A stretch of 64,000 bases of DNA, from positions 323 to 64,322 of the IMG/VR virus record IMGVR_UViG_3300014501_000017; one strand, given 5' to 3'. This DNA comes from a virus (Duplodnaviria; Caudoviricetes). Made by a program: the position numbers and the translations under genes. This document shows, piece after piece, positions 11,893 through 21,046 of this stretch; within the stretch, counting starts at the first letter, position 1; each line of letters begins with the position of its first letter. The notes under the pieces were generated by a model. It had not been told where the DNA came from. It saw only the letters and a program-made list of their open reading frames with translations, and made no database searches.

Positions 11893-12372
11893 ATGACAAC
11901 AGTAACAATTGGAAATACATCTATTACCATAACCCAAACTGGGTTGGTAACAACTAATAAAGTAAATAAAGTAACAGCCAGCAAGGATGTTCTTACTGAA
12001 GTTGCTAAAGCACAAAAATTTAAGGTTCATTGTACTGGATTGAAGCCATTAACCGCCCATACTTTTACTTTTGGTGGGGTCGATTTTACTAACAAATGCA
12101 AACAAAAAGGTAAAAAATTAGGAGCAGGATTAACAACTGGTAAAAATGGTGATATTAAATTTAAATATCATCATGCAAAGACATTTGATACTATAGATGT
12201 AACAGATGTAGTAGCATGGGAACAGGCTAAAAATATGGCTGCTGCTTTTGAAGTAGCAGAAGTTCAATCAATAGACGGAACATCATATGCCGAATTTGTT
12301 GTAAACTCTTCGATAAAGAAAGCATTAGTTAAATGGTTTGCAGCATGGATTAATGCAAATGGATCAGCTTAA
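11893..12372 (+). CDS. Virion protein resembling the middle segment of VrlC/DUF4815-like proteins
   Basis: GLKP.T.H.F.F.GVD.T...G..L.T..NG.I.F motif; late promoter directly upstream. Confidence 0.6.
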   Translation: MTTVTIGNTSITITQTGLVTTNKVNKVTASKDVLTEVAKAQKFKVHCTGLKPLTAHTFTFGGVDFTNKCKQKGKKLGAGLTTGKNGDIKFKYHHAKTFDTIDVTDVVAWEQAKNMAAAFEVAEVQSIDGTSYAEFVVNSSIKKALVKWFAAWINANGSA

Positions 12373-12380
12373 GGAATAAA

Positions 12381-14792
12381 ATGACACTTTACGGATCACA
12401 AGTATTTTATATAGACCCCGATGCAGTAAACGGTGCAGACGATGTTTTTATCGTTGATGTAAAGTTATTCTTTGCCAAACTTCCTCCACCAATTAATATT
12501 GCAGGAATAGCAAATCCTTATGTATCAATTATGTTGTGCCAGACAACAGGAAATAATGTTCCAGACCCAACTACAATAATTGCTGATTCATTATCACAAG
12601 TTGCATTAGCTAATATAACAGCATCGAGCAATGCTAGTGTTGGAACTACCTTTACATTTAATTCACCAGTTCCTGTAGAATCTGGTGCATATTATGGAAT
12701 TCTAATATCATTTGGTACTCCAGAATTCCAACTATGGGAAAATGTACAGGGTCAGGATTTACTTGGAACTAATACACCATCACAGGGACCATCTGGTCAA
12801 TATACTGGTGCCTTTTATCATATGGGATCAAATGGTTCCTTAAATTCATTAGCCGGAACTACCCTTAAATTTGCAGTTGATATAGCTAAATTTACTTCTA
12901 ATTCTGTTGAAATAGAATTAACTAATGCCAATTACGAATTCATTAATTATACTGACATTTCTACTGTATTCATTGGAGATGAAGCTGTATATCAGGATTT
13001 TGGTGGGGCTGCTAACGGAGCATTATCTAGCATTACATTTTATGGCGCTGGAACAATAAGCATCAATTCAACATCAAACACAATAATTGGAACAGGTACA
13101 TCATTTACTAATACTCTTATTGGATTTGTGCCAAACGATCAAATTATAGTTACCGACGGAACAACTGGAAACATAGATATTCTAACAGTATCATCTGTTC
13201 CAAATGATAATACTGTTATAACTACTTCAACCCCATTCTTTAGTAATTCAGCAGCACACTATAAGAAAACTGCTGTTGCTACAATGTATAATCCAGATTA
13301 CTCAAATAGCCAGATGATTTTAAGCAACTCGGTTGCAAATTCAACCTGTCAATTTGTACCTTCTGGAATATCAACATTTGATATTATCGCTGGTGGAACA
13401 GGATATACCAATACAGATTATTTACTATGGATAGCCGGTGGTTCACCAACATCCAATGCAAAAATAATAACCGATGCCAATGGAACAATTATTGGGTTGA
13501 ATATTTCTAATGGTGGTTTTGGATATACTGCATCTTCAAACACAGCTAATGTTAGCTTCTATGCAGCAAACGGAGCAGCATCAAACGGAATAAGTGGAAA
13601 TGTATCTGCTATATTTGGTGGAACTATCCGTGGTATTCTTTCTGGTTCATGGTTGACATATGATTCATTTTATGATTTCCCAATATCAACCTTCACACCA
13701 GAAGTTCTTGTAAAACTTCCTGATATTGCAGTATCAAATATTGTAATCAATTTTGCTAATACAACTCATTATGTTAATGTGTCTAGTCAGTTTACAGCAG
13801 TTCAGGATGTATATACTACATCTCCATTCCCTGCTGTTATCATGAGTAGAACCAATGAAGTAAATACTCCAACAAGTCAATTGGAATTGGTTGGCACTGA
13901 ATACAAGTCTTCATATCTATTTGCAAATTTAACTGTTAATGCATCAAATGTCATGTTGTTTACTTCTCCATACATGTATGAAGAAAAACTTGATTTGATG
14001 ACTTATTATTATCAAATAAACAACTCAGATTATGCAGAAACCACAAATAACGGCAATTGCATATCTAAGGCCATAACCGAGACAATATCCTTCGCAAATG
14101 GATTAGCTGAAAATATTTCATTAAATGCGTCGATATATCAACCACTTGGAACGACAATTGAGGTGTTTGCTAAAATATGGAATCCAAATGATCCTGAGTC
14201 ATTTAATGCACAATCATGGACTCAGTTACAAATAACAAAAGGTGCTGGTTTGGTCAGTTCAAGTGTAGACCCAACTGATATGATTAATGTATCATATTCT
14301 CTTCCTGCATTTCCACCAACAGCCAATAATCTTGCACTTATCACAACTTATCCTGGTGTAGTTACTGTCAACACTACAGCCGGAAATACAACAATTTTGA
14401 CCTCATCAAATTTGGTAAGTTTAGGTACATCAAATATTATATTATCCGGTGATGTAATTAAAGTATATAATCCAACTCCTGGATTTTCAAATGGAGATTA
14501 TTTTATAACTACTGTATTAGCAGCTAATGGAACAGCCATAGATGTAAGCTATATACCAGTAGGAAATAATAGTGTTAATGGTTCTGGATTTGTAATAGAT
14601 CGAATTAATCCATTATTTTTTAACACCGCATTCCTAGATGCAACAAATGCTGGTATTGCAAGTTACTATGATAATAATCTTGCGAAATTTGTAGGATTCT
14701 CAACAATGGCATTTAAGTTCTTGTTCTTATCAAATTCATCTGTAATTGTTCCAAAACTTGGAAATTACACCGCAGTTGCTATAGACGCATAA
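12381..14792 (+). CDS. Virion protein resembling the C-terminal segment of VrlC/DUF4815-like proteins
   Basis: SQVFYIDP...VFIVDVKLFF, TTFTFNSPV...G.YYGI, LKFAV..AKF, C-terminal FKFLFLS..VPKL; SD AAGGA upstream. Confidence 0.65.
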   Translation: MTLYGSQVFYIDPDAVNGADDVFIVDVKLFFAKLPPPINIAGIANPYVSIMLCQTTGNNVPDPTTIIADSLSQVALANITASSNASVGTTFTFNSPVPVESGAYYGILISFGTPEFQLWENVQGQDLLGTNTPSQGPSGQYTGAFYHMGSNGSLNSLAGTTLKFAVDIAKFTSNSVEIELTNANYEFINYTDISTVFIGDEAVYQDFGGAANGALSSITFYGAGTISINSTSNTIIGTGTSFTNTLIGFVPNDQIIVTDGTTGNIDILTVSSVPNDNTVITTSTPFFSNSAAHYKKTAVATMYNPDYSNSQMILSNSVANSTCQFVPSGISTFDIIAGGTGYTNTDYLLWIAGGSPTSNAKIITDANGTIIGLNISNGGFGYTASSNTANVSFYAANGAASNGISGNVSAIFGGTIRGILSGSWLTYDSFYDFPISTFTPEVLVKLPDIAVSNIVINFANTTHYVNVSSQFTAVQDVYTTSPFPAVIMSRTNEVNTPTSQLELVGTEYKSSYLFANLTVNASNVMLFTSPYMYEEKLDLMTYYYQINNSDYAETTNNGNCISKAITETISFANGLAENISLNASIYQPLGTTIEVFAKIWNPNDPESFNAQSWTQLQITKGAGLVSSSVDPTDMINVSYSLPAFPPTANNLALITTYPGVVTVNTTAGNTTILTSSNLVSLGTSNIILSGDVIKVYNPTPGFSNGDYFITTVLAANGTAIDVSYIPVGNNSVNGSGFVIDRINPLFFNTAFLDATNAGIASYYDNNLAKFVGFSTMAFKFLFLSNSSVIVPKLGNYTAVAIDA

Positions 14793-14800
14793 GGTAAACC

Positions 14801-16135
14801 ATGGCCCACCCAGTCCCAAATACAAATCCATCATCTAATGCAACCTTTGAAACATGGTTGACAAATACCAATGAGATGGGTCAGCTTATCACTAGTAATG
14901 TTGTAACAACAGCCGCCAACTCTATTGGAGAAACAACATCTGGAAATGCCTATATGTCAGGTACTCTAGCAGCTAATGTTGTTGCCGCTGGAATATTGAC
15001 TGGTGGAAATGTACAGAGTACAGCAGTTCTTGATATAACATCAAACGTAGCCGTAATCAATTCAAGTTATATTTCAGTAGGTAATTCTTCTGTTAATACA
15101 ATTATTAATTCTACAGCAATTTCTACTGGAACACTTATTGGTAATACAAGTCAAGCCACATCGTTAGCTTTTGGAAATAGTACTGTAAATGCAGTAATGA
15201 ATTCGGTAGTTTTGATAATTACTGCTCCAACAACCGATACTCAAGTAAATTCATCTATAGTTTTTGTTGGTAATTCATCAGTCAACTTAGTGGCAAATAG
15301 TACTACCTTGAAAATTGGTGCGGGTATTCTTACATCAACAACATGGAATGGTAATGCAAATACAGCAAATACAGCAAATAATGCAAACAATCTTGGTGGA
15401 CAACTACCAGCATATTATTCTAATGCATCAATAGTTGCAACCATTCTTTCTGAAATATCAAGTTTTATTACTTCCGTTCAATCAAATACTACAGTATTTA
15501 CTTCAAACGGAACATATAGCATGAACGCAAATCTTCTATATGCAGAAATAACTGTTGTAGGGGCCGGTGGTTCAAGTTTGTTAAGTTCTGCTGCTGGTTC
15601 AAGTGGTGGACCCCCAAGAGCCTCTGCTGGTGGTTCTGGTGGTGGAACTGCTATAAAGAAATTGAATGCCAGTGTTATAAGATCAAGTGAACCAGTTATT
15701 GTTGGTTTAGCTGTAAGTGTTTCCAATGGAACATCAAGTCAATTTGGAAATAGTACATCATCATTTACTGAATTAATTGGTAATGGTGGAAAAGCTCCAG
15801 CAAATATTGGAAATTCAAGTATCATGGCATCAAGTGCGGTTGGTGGAACTGCTACTGGTGGAGATATCAATATTCAAGGTGGACAAGGTGATAGTTCTGA
15901 CGTACCTTCATCTGGATCAAATCGTGCTTCTGGCGGACGTGGTGGAGATTCTAAAATGGGATTTGGTGGTGGTTCTGCCGCAGCTAATACTCCATCATCA
16001 GTGGCCGGAAACCCCGGAGCAGGATATGGTGGTGGAGCAGGTGGTTCAGTTGTTGGTGGTGGGGCAGGATCAGATGCTGCCGGTGGTGTAGCATCAAACG
16101 GAGTAGTAATAATAGTTGAGTATTACTCAGTATAA
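14801..16135 (+). CDS. Tail fibre/whisker-like protein with GNSSVN repeats and Gly-rich C-terminal domain
   Basis: TFETWL..TN N-terminus; three [IV]xxGNS[ST]VNxxxNS repeats; VFTSNGTY...VVGAGG...GGGAGG...GVVIIVEY Gly-rich fibre domain. Confidence 0.65.
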   Translation: MAHPVPNTNPSSNATFETWLTNTNEMGQLITSNVVTTAANSIGETTSGNAYMSGTLAANVVAAGILTGGNVQSTAVLDITSNVAVINSSYISVGNSSVNTIINSTAISTGTLIGNTSQATSLAFGNSTVNAVMNSVVLIITAPTTDTQVNSSIVFVGNSSVNLVANSTTLKIGAGILTSTTWNGNANTANTANNANNLGGQLPAYYSNASIVATILSEISSFITSVQSNTTVFTSNGTYSMNANLLYAEITVVGAGGSSLLSSAAGSSGGPPRASAGGSGGGTAIKKLNASVIRSSEPVIVGLAVSVSNGTSSQFGNSTSSFTELIGNGGKAPANIGNSSIMASSAVGGTATGGDINIQGGQGDSSDVPSSGSNRASGGRGGDSKMGFGGGSAAANTPSSVAGNPGAGYGGGAGGSVVGGGAGSDAAGGVASNGVVIIVEYYSV

Positions 16136-16503
16136 TGCTTTTACCTAAGAAATTAAATCTTGTGGTTCCTCAAGGTGGAACATTTTCAACTACCCAAACA
16201 ATATTGGATGGAAATAATAATCCAGTTAGTTTGACTAATTTTTTAGCTAATTCAGGAAATTCTGCAATAAGAAAACATTATGATTCATGTAATCCTACAA
16301 CTTACTTCGAAGTAATTGTAGCTAATAATACTGTTGGACAAGTAACCCTTCAATTAAGTGCCAATGTAACTGCTAATATATATTATGGAAGATATGTTTA
16401 TGATGTTAATTTAACTGATAATTCTGGTAATGTTACTAAGGTACTTGAAGGACAGGTTTATTTAACTCCAGGAGTTACTCGTTCAGCAAATTCTCCAGTT
16501 TAA
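16135..16503 (+). CDS. Small virion structural protein (QG.TF...GRYVYDV...VLEG.V..TPGVT family)
   Basis: Motif pattern common just upstream of gp13 in T4-like phages. Confidence 0.65.
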   Translation: MLLPKKLNLVVPQGGTFSTTQTILDGNNNPVSLTNFLANSGNSAIRKHYDSCNPTTYFEVIVANNTVGQVTLQLSANVTANIYYGRYVYDVNLTDNSGNVTKVLEGQVYLTPGVTRSANSPV

Positions 16504-16550
16504 TTTAATAATTCAGTAAGTCTAAATACTGATATAGATGGGAGAATTTC

Positions 16551-17294
16551 ATGGCTGAACCAAATTCAAGAAAGACATTTACTGAATATTGCCTTAGAAA
16601 ACTGGGTTATCCAGTAATAGAAATCAACATCGATCCTGAGCAAGTTCAAGATCGAATTGATGAATCTATTCGTTGGTTTTGGGATTATCATTTCGATGGT
16701 GTTGAAAAGATTTATTATTCCTACATTCCAACTGCCAATGATATCATTAACACTTTTATAACTCTTCCAGATAACATCAACGGGGCAATTCAATGTTTTC
16801 CTATTGGAGACCCTTCTGTTCGTGCCGATGATTTGTTTAATATTAGATATCAGATAGCCCTAAACGATCTTTACACTTTAACTAGCGTTTCAATGACTCC
16901 ATATTATATGGTTATGGAACATCTTGCTCTTGTTACTGAAATGATAGTTGGACAACAGCCTATTAGATATAACAGACTTACTAATCAATTATGGATTGAT
17001 ACAGACTGGACCTCATTTGGTTTTGGTCAATTTCTTTTAATTGAATGTTATCAGACCATCGACCCCAATGTATTCACTAAGATGTATCGGGACCGTATGC
17101 TTCAGCAATATGCCGTGGCATCTCTTCGTGAACAATGGGGAGCTAATCTGATGAAATTTACAGGAATGAAACTTCCCGGTGGTGTTGAATTCAATGGTGA
17201 AAAGATTTATCTAGAAGGTAAACAAGATAGAGAAAAACTTGAAAAAGAAGTTATCGAGAATTACTCTCTACCTGTAGCTGATATGGTTGGATAA
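16551..17294 (+). CDS. gp13: Neck protein gp13
   Basis: YCLRKLGYPVIEINI...Q..DRIDE....DYHFDG; QWGANL.KF.GMKLPGGV.FNG. Confidence 0.95.
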   Translation: MAEPNSRKTFTEYCLRKLGYPVIEINIDPEQVQDRIDESIRWFWDYHFDGVEKIYYSYIPTANDIINTFITLPDNINGAIQCFPIGDPSVRADDLFNIRYQIALNDLYTLTSVSMTPYYMVMEHLALVTEMIVGQQPIRYNRLTNQLWIDTDWTSFGFGQFLLIECYQTIDPNVFTKMYRDRMLQQYAVASLREQWGANLMKFTGMKLPGGVEFNGEKIYLEGKQDREKLEKEVIENYSLPVADMVG

Positions 17295-18023
17295 ATGGCC
17301 ACAAATCAATATTTTAATAACTATTGGTCTGCATCAGAACAAGGACTGATAGATGACCTAATTGTTGAATCAATTAGACAATATGGGGTAAATAATTATT
17401 ATTGTCCAAGAACTCTTGGTAATTTTGATCCTCTTTATGGCTCTGATGATGTATCTGTTTATCTAAACAATTTTGAATTAGAAATGTATATTAAGAATAT
17501 TGATAGCTTTTCTGGTGATGGCCGTTTCATGTCTAAGTTTGGTATGGAAATAAGAGATGAGATAACATTTTCTATCGCCATAACAGCTTTTAATATTGAA
17601 GTTGGTTCTAGAACAGGATTAGTTAGACCAAACGAAGGTGATCTAATTTTCTTTCCACTTAACAATAAAATTTATGTAATCAAGTTTGTTCAACAGGAAT
17701 CCATCTTTTATCAGTTGGGTGCCCTACAACTTTATGATGTTGTCTGTGAACAATGGGAATACTCAAACGAAGTTCTTAGAACCGGTCTACCTCAAATCGA
17801 TAGTATCCAAAGAAATTATTCATTTGATATGTCTAATTACTCTCTATTACTTGAGGGACTTCCTTACTCTGCCGGTAATTTTACAACAGAAGATGGATTT
17901 AATTTAATTTTAGAAGAATGGGAATTAGAAAATACAGTAGTTGCTGATAATCAGTACCTTACAACTCAAGAAGGTATTGTTGATTTTTCTGATGCCGATC
18001 CATTTTCAATGGGAGATTTTTAA
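17295..18023 (+). CDS. gp14: Neck protein gp14
   Basis: EQ.LIDDLIVESI..YG...YY.PR, SKFG.EIRDE, RPNEGDLIFFP, FYQLG, DFS..DPF. Confidence 0.95.
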   Translation: MATNQYFNNYWSASEQGLIDDLIVESIRQYGVNNYYCPRTLGNFDPLYGSDDVSVYLNNFELEMYIKNIDSFSGDGRFMSKFGMEIRDEITFSIAITAFNIEVGSRTGLVRPNEGDLIFFPLNNKIYVIKFVQQESIFYQLGALQLYDVVCEQWEYSNEVLRTGLPQIDSIQRNYSFDMSNYSLLLEGLPYSAGNFTTEDGFNLILEEWELENTVVADNQYLTTQEGIVDFSDADPFSMGDF

Positions 18024-18883
18024 TGTTTGGGCAGACCTTCTATAATGGAATAATGAGAAAATACATCCTGTACTTTGGTCAGATGTTTAATGATATCTAT
18101 ATCAACCGTACAGACTCGTCTAATAATGTTATTCAATCAGCTAAAGTTCCTCTAGTATATGCCTCAAAGGAAAAATTTCTAGATAGAGTTTTGGGTGACC
18201 CAAACCTTACTAAACCAGTTGCAGTTGATCTTCCTAGAATGTATTTTTTAATGACCACAGTTGAGTATGATGGTTCTAGAAAATTAAATCCTATTAATAA
18301 GATTTATAATAAGGAAGCTAACTCATCAGTTATTCAATGGGTATGGAATCCAGTTGCTTATAACTTCATGTTCTCACTTGGAATTCTTGTAAAGAACGCA
18401 GAAGATGGAACAAAAATTTTAGAAGAAATTCTTCCATATTTTACCCCTTCTTTTACTTCTACACTTAATATCATTCCTTCAATGAATATTCAACATGATA
18501 TACCAGTATCAATCCAATCAATAACCTATCAGGATTTATTTGATGGACCATGGACCCAAAGAAAATCAATGATGTGGACTATTAATTTCATAATGAAGGG
18601 TTATCTATATGGACCTATTTCTGAGAGCGGACCTATCAAAAAGTTGCATATCAATTTCAAAATTCCTTCAACTAATACAGCATCAGAAGGTGTTGGAAAT
18701 ACAGTTACAACAGAAAACATCTATGCACAGGTTGGTTTGAGTGCTAATGGAACTCCAGCCGCAAATGTTGCTACAAGTATACCAATTGCAGATATAACTA
18801 TAACTGATGATTGGGGAGCAATTGTTGGTTTTGATAATGATGCAGAAGATGTCGAAACATCTAATATAACCATAAGTGAGTAA
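18023..18883 (+). CDS. gp15: Tail sheath stabilizer/terminator gp15
   Basis: FG.MFNDI, VPL.YA.KEKF, LPRM.F, ILPYFTP, DIPV, F.MKGYLYGP. Confidence 0.95.
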   Translation: MFGQTFYNGIMRKYILYFGQMFNDIYINRTDSSNNVIQSAKVPLVYASKEKFLDRVLGDPNLTKPVAVDLPRMYFLMTTVEYDGSRKLNPINKIYNKEANSSVIQWVWNPVAYNFMFSLGILVKNAEDGTKILEEILPYFTPSFTSTLNIIPSMNIQHDIPVSIQSITYQDLFDGPWTQRKSMMWTINFIMKGYLYGPISESGPIKKLHINFKIPSTNTASEGVGNTVTTENIYAQVGLSANGTPAANVATSIPIADITITDDWGAIVGFDNDAEDVETSNITISE

Positions 18884-18891
18884 GAGATGAA

Positions 18892-19338
18892 ATGGAAAAC
18901 TCAGATGATAAGATTGCAGATGCTCTTGGTATGGCATTCATTCCAGAAGTGGAGTTTGTGGACGACGTACCTGCTATACGAGAAGAAGGCGAAATATCTA
19001 CCATACTTGATGATGTAATTCCTACTGAATTAGACCCTATACTAGAGGGTGATTTTGATTTAGTAAGAAACAACATTCTTGAAGCTATTGAATTAGGAAA
19101 GCTGACCCTTGAAGAAATAAGAGTTTTTGCTAAACAGATTCAATCAGATAAGGCATATGCAGCCCTTGCTGCTTTTTTTGATAAGTATTTGGCAGCTAAC
19201 AAAGCCCTATTAGAAATCCATAAAGACAAAAGAATTCTTACTCCAAAAAAGTCTGGTGGAAATACTAATGTTCTTATATTAACAACTACCGAATTGTTAC
19301 ATAAATTGAAAGAAGAAAAGAAAAAGTTAAATGGCTAA
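18892..19338 (+). CDS. gp16: Terminase small subunit gp16
   Basis: DFDLVRNNI, ANK.LL..HK, N.VL..TT.EL; between gp15 and gp17. Confidence 0.8.
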   Translation: MENSDDKIADALGMAFIPEVEFVDDVPAIREEGEISTILDDVIPTELDPILEGDFDLVRNNILEAIELGKLTLEEIRVFAKQIQSDKAYAALAAFFDKYLAANKALLEIHKDKRILTPKKSGGNTNVLILTTTELLHKLKEEKKKLNG

Positions 19339-20995
19339 AGAAAAACTACCATATCGTGGTAACGCCAAGATAAAACCTGTCGGGGTAAAAATTGAATTTA
19401 CAGCCGAACAGATGGAAGAGTACATTAAATGTAGTGAAGACATAATGTACTTTGCCCGCAATTATATGAAGATTGTTCATCTTGATGGTGGAGAGATGTT
19501 ATTCGAACCATATCTCTATCAGGAAGAACTTATTACTCTATGCGAAGCTAACCGATTCACTATATGTAAACTTCCCCGTCAGGCTGGTAAGACAACTGCC
19601 ATCACCTGTATCATGCTTTGGCATATTTTATTCCATGAAAACTGGAACGGAGCTATCCTTGCTAACAAAGCCTTGACAGCTAGAAAGATTCTAAAGCGTA
19701 TCAAATTCGCCTATGAAAATCTACCTATGTGGCTTCAACAGGGTGTTGACCAATGGAATGAAGGTAGTATTACTCTTGAAAATGGATCAACCTTATATGC
19801 TGCTGCTACATCAGCATCATCTATTCGAGGAGATTCAACCAACCTTGTTTACCTTGACGAATTTGCCCTTGTAGATGGAAATATTCAGGAAGAATTTTAT
19901 GAATCTACATACCCTACAATTACATCAGGAAAAACTACAAAACTTATCATAACCTCTACTCCTAGAGGATTAGATTTATTTTATAAATTATGGATTGATT
20001 CTGAACAAGGAAGAAATGAATTCGTCCGAAAGGAAATTCGTTGGCAGGATACTCCAGGTCGTGATGAAGCTTGGAGAATTAATACAATCAGAAACACCTC
20101 TGAACGTTCATTCCAGCAGGAATATGAAACTGAATTCCTTGGTTCATCATCAACTTTAATATCTGGTAAATGTCTAAGAAAGATGACTCCACTTACTCCA
20201 ATCGCTCCAATTGAAGGAATGAATATGGAAGAAGGTCATCTAAAGCTATATGAATGGCCAATTGATAAACACATCTATGTAATAACTATAGACTCTGCAA
20301 CAGGTAAAGATTTAGACTATTCTGCCTTTATAATTGTTGATGTAACCCAAACACCATATAAACTAGTGGCTGTATATAAGAATAATTCTATTCCTATTAT
20401 TGCATTTCCAACTGTAATAACTCGTATTGCCCGTCGTTTTAATAATGCCTATGCATTGATTGAAACCAACAATAATCTTGGAACTCAAGTTGCCGAAATC
20501 ATGCATAATGATTTTGAGTATGACAATATAGTCTGGACAAAAAGTATGGGTCGTAAAGGAAGAGTTGTATCACTTGGATTTGGTGAAGGAAAAGATGAAA
20601 TGGGTATCTATACTACCGAACAATCCAAGACCCTTGGATGCTCTAATATTAAAACAATTATCGAGGGTGACCAGCTACCAGTTACTGATTTTTGGTGTAT
20701 TTCAGAACTATCAAGATTCTCTCAAAAAGGGAAAACTTATCAGGCCGAGCATGGTTCTCATGATGATCTTTCAATGTGTTTTGTTCTTTTTGGCTGGTTG
20801 GCTTCACAAGAGTTTATAAAAGAATTAAATAATATAGACTTTAGAACTAATATGATGGAAGCCCAGACGGATATGGTCGATAAAGACTTAGTGCCATTTG
20901 GAATCATTATAGATGGTCAGGATAGCTATGAAGATGATGAACCCCAAGATAGGGACGGAAATGTTATAGATTTTGATAAGTGGCTTCTCCAATAG
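19331..20995 (+). CDS. gp17: Terminase large subunit gp17
   Basis: Walker A PRQAGKTT, Walker B LVYLDEFA, ITSTP.G, nuclease HDDL; no intein-sized insert. Confidence 0.97.
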   Translation: MAKEKLPYRGNAKIKPVGVKIEFTAEQMEEYIKCSEDIMYFARNYMKIVHLDGGEMLFEPYLYQEELITLCEANRFTICKLPRQAGKTTAITCIMLWHILFHENWNGAILANKALTARKILKRIKFAYENLPMWLQQGVDQWNEGSITLENGSTLYAAATSASSIRGDSTNLVYLDEFALVDGNIQEEFYESTYPTITSGKTTKLIITSTPRGLDLFYKLWIDSEQGRNEFVRKEIRWQDTPGRDEAWRINTIRNTSERSFQQEYETEFLGSSSTLISGKCLRKMTPLTPIAPIEGMNMEEGHLKLYEWPIDKHIYVITIDSATGKDLDYSAFIIVDVTQTPYKLVAVYKNNSIPIIAFPTVITRIARRFNNAYALIETNNNLGTQVAEIMHNDFEYDNIVWTKSMGRKGRVVSLGFGEGKDEMGIYTTEQSKTLGCSNIKTIIEGDQLPVTDFWCISELSRFSQKGKTYQAEHGSHDDLSMCFVLFGWLASQEFIKELNNIDFRTNMMEAQTDMVDKDLVPFGIIIDGQDSYEDDEPQDRDGNVIDFDKWLLQ

Positions 20996-21046
20996 TTTAA
21001 TTTACTAAATAATTGTAAGAAACCTTAACTATTCAAGGGGCAAAAT

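Noticed and set aside
5817-17297. In-frame TAA-ATG junctions (gp7/gp8, gp13/gp14) as readthrough fusions
   Set aside because: Ordinary tight packing of separately conserved genes, with SD-like sequences and no matched flanking codons.
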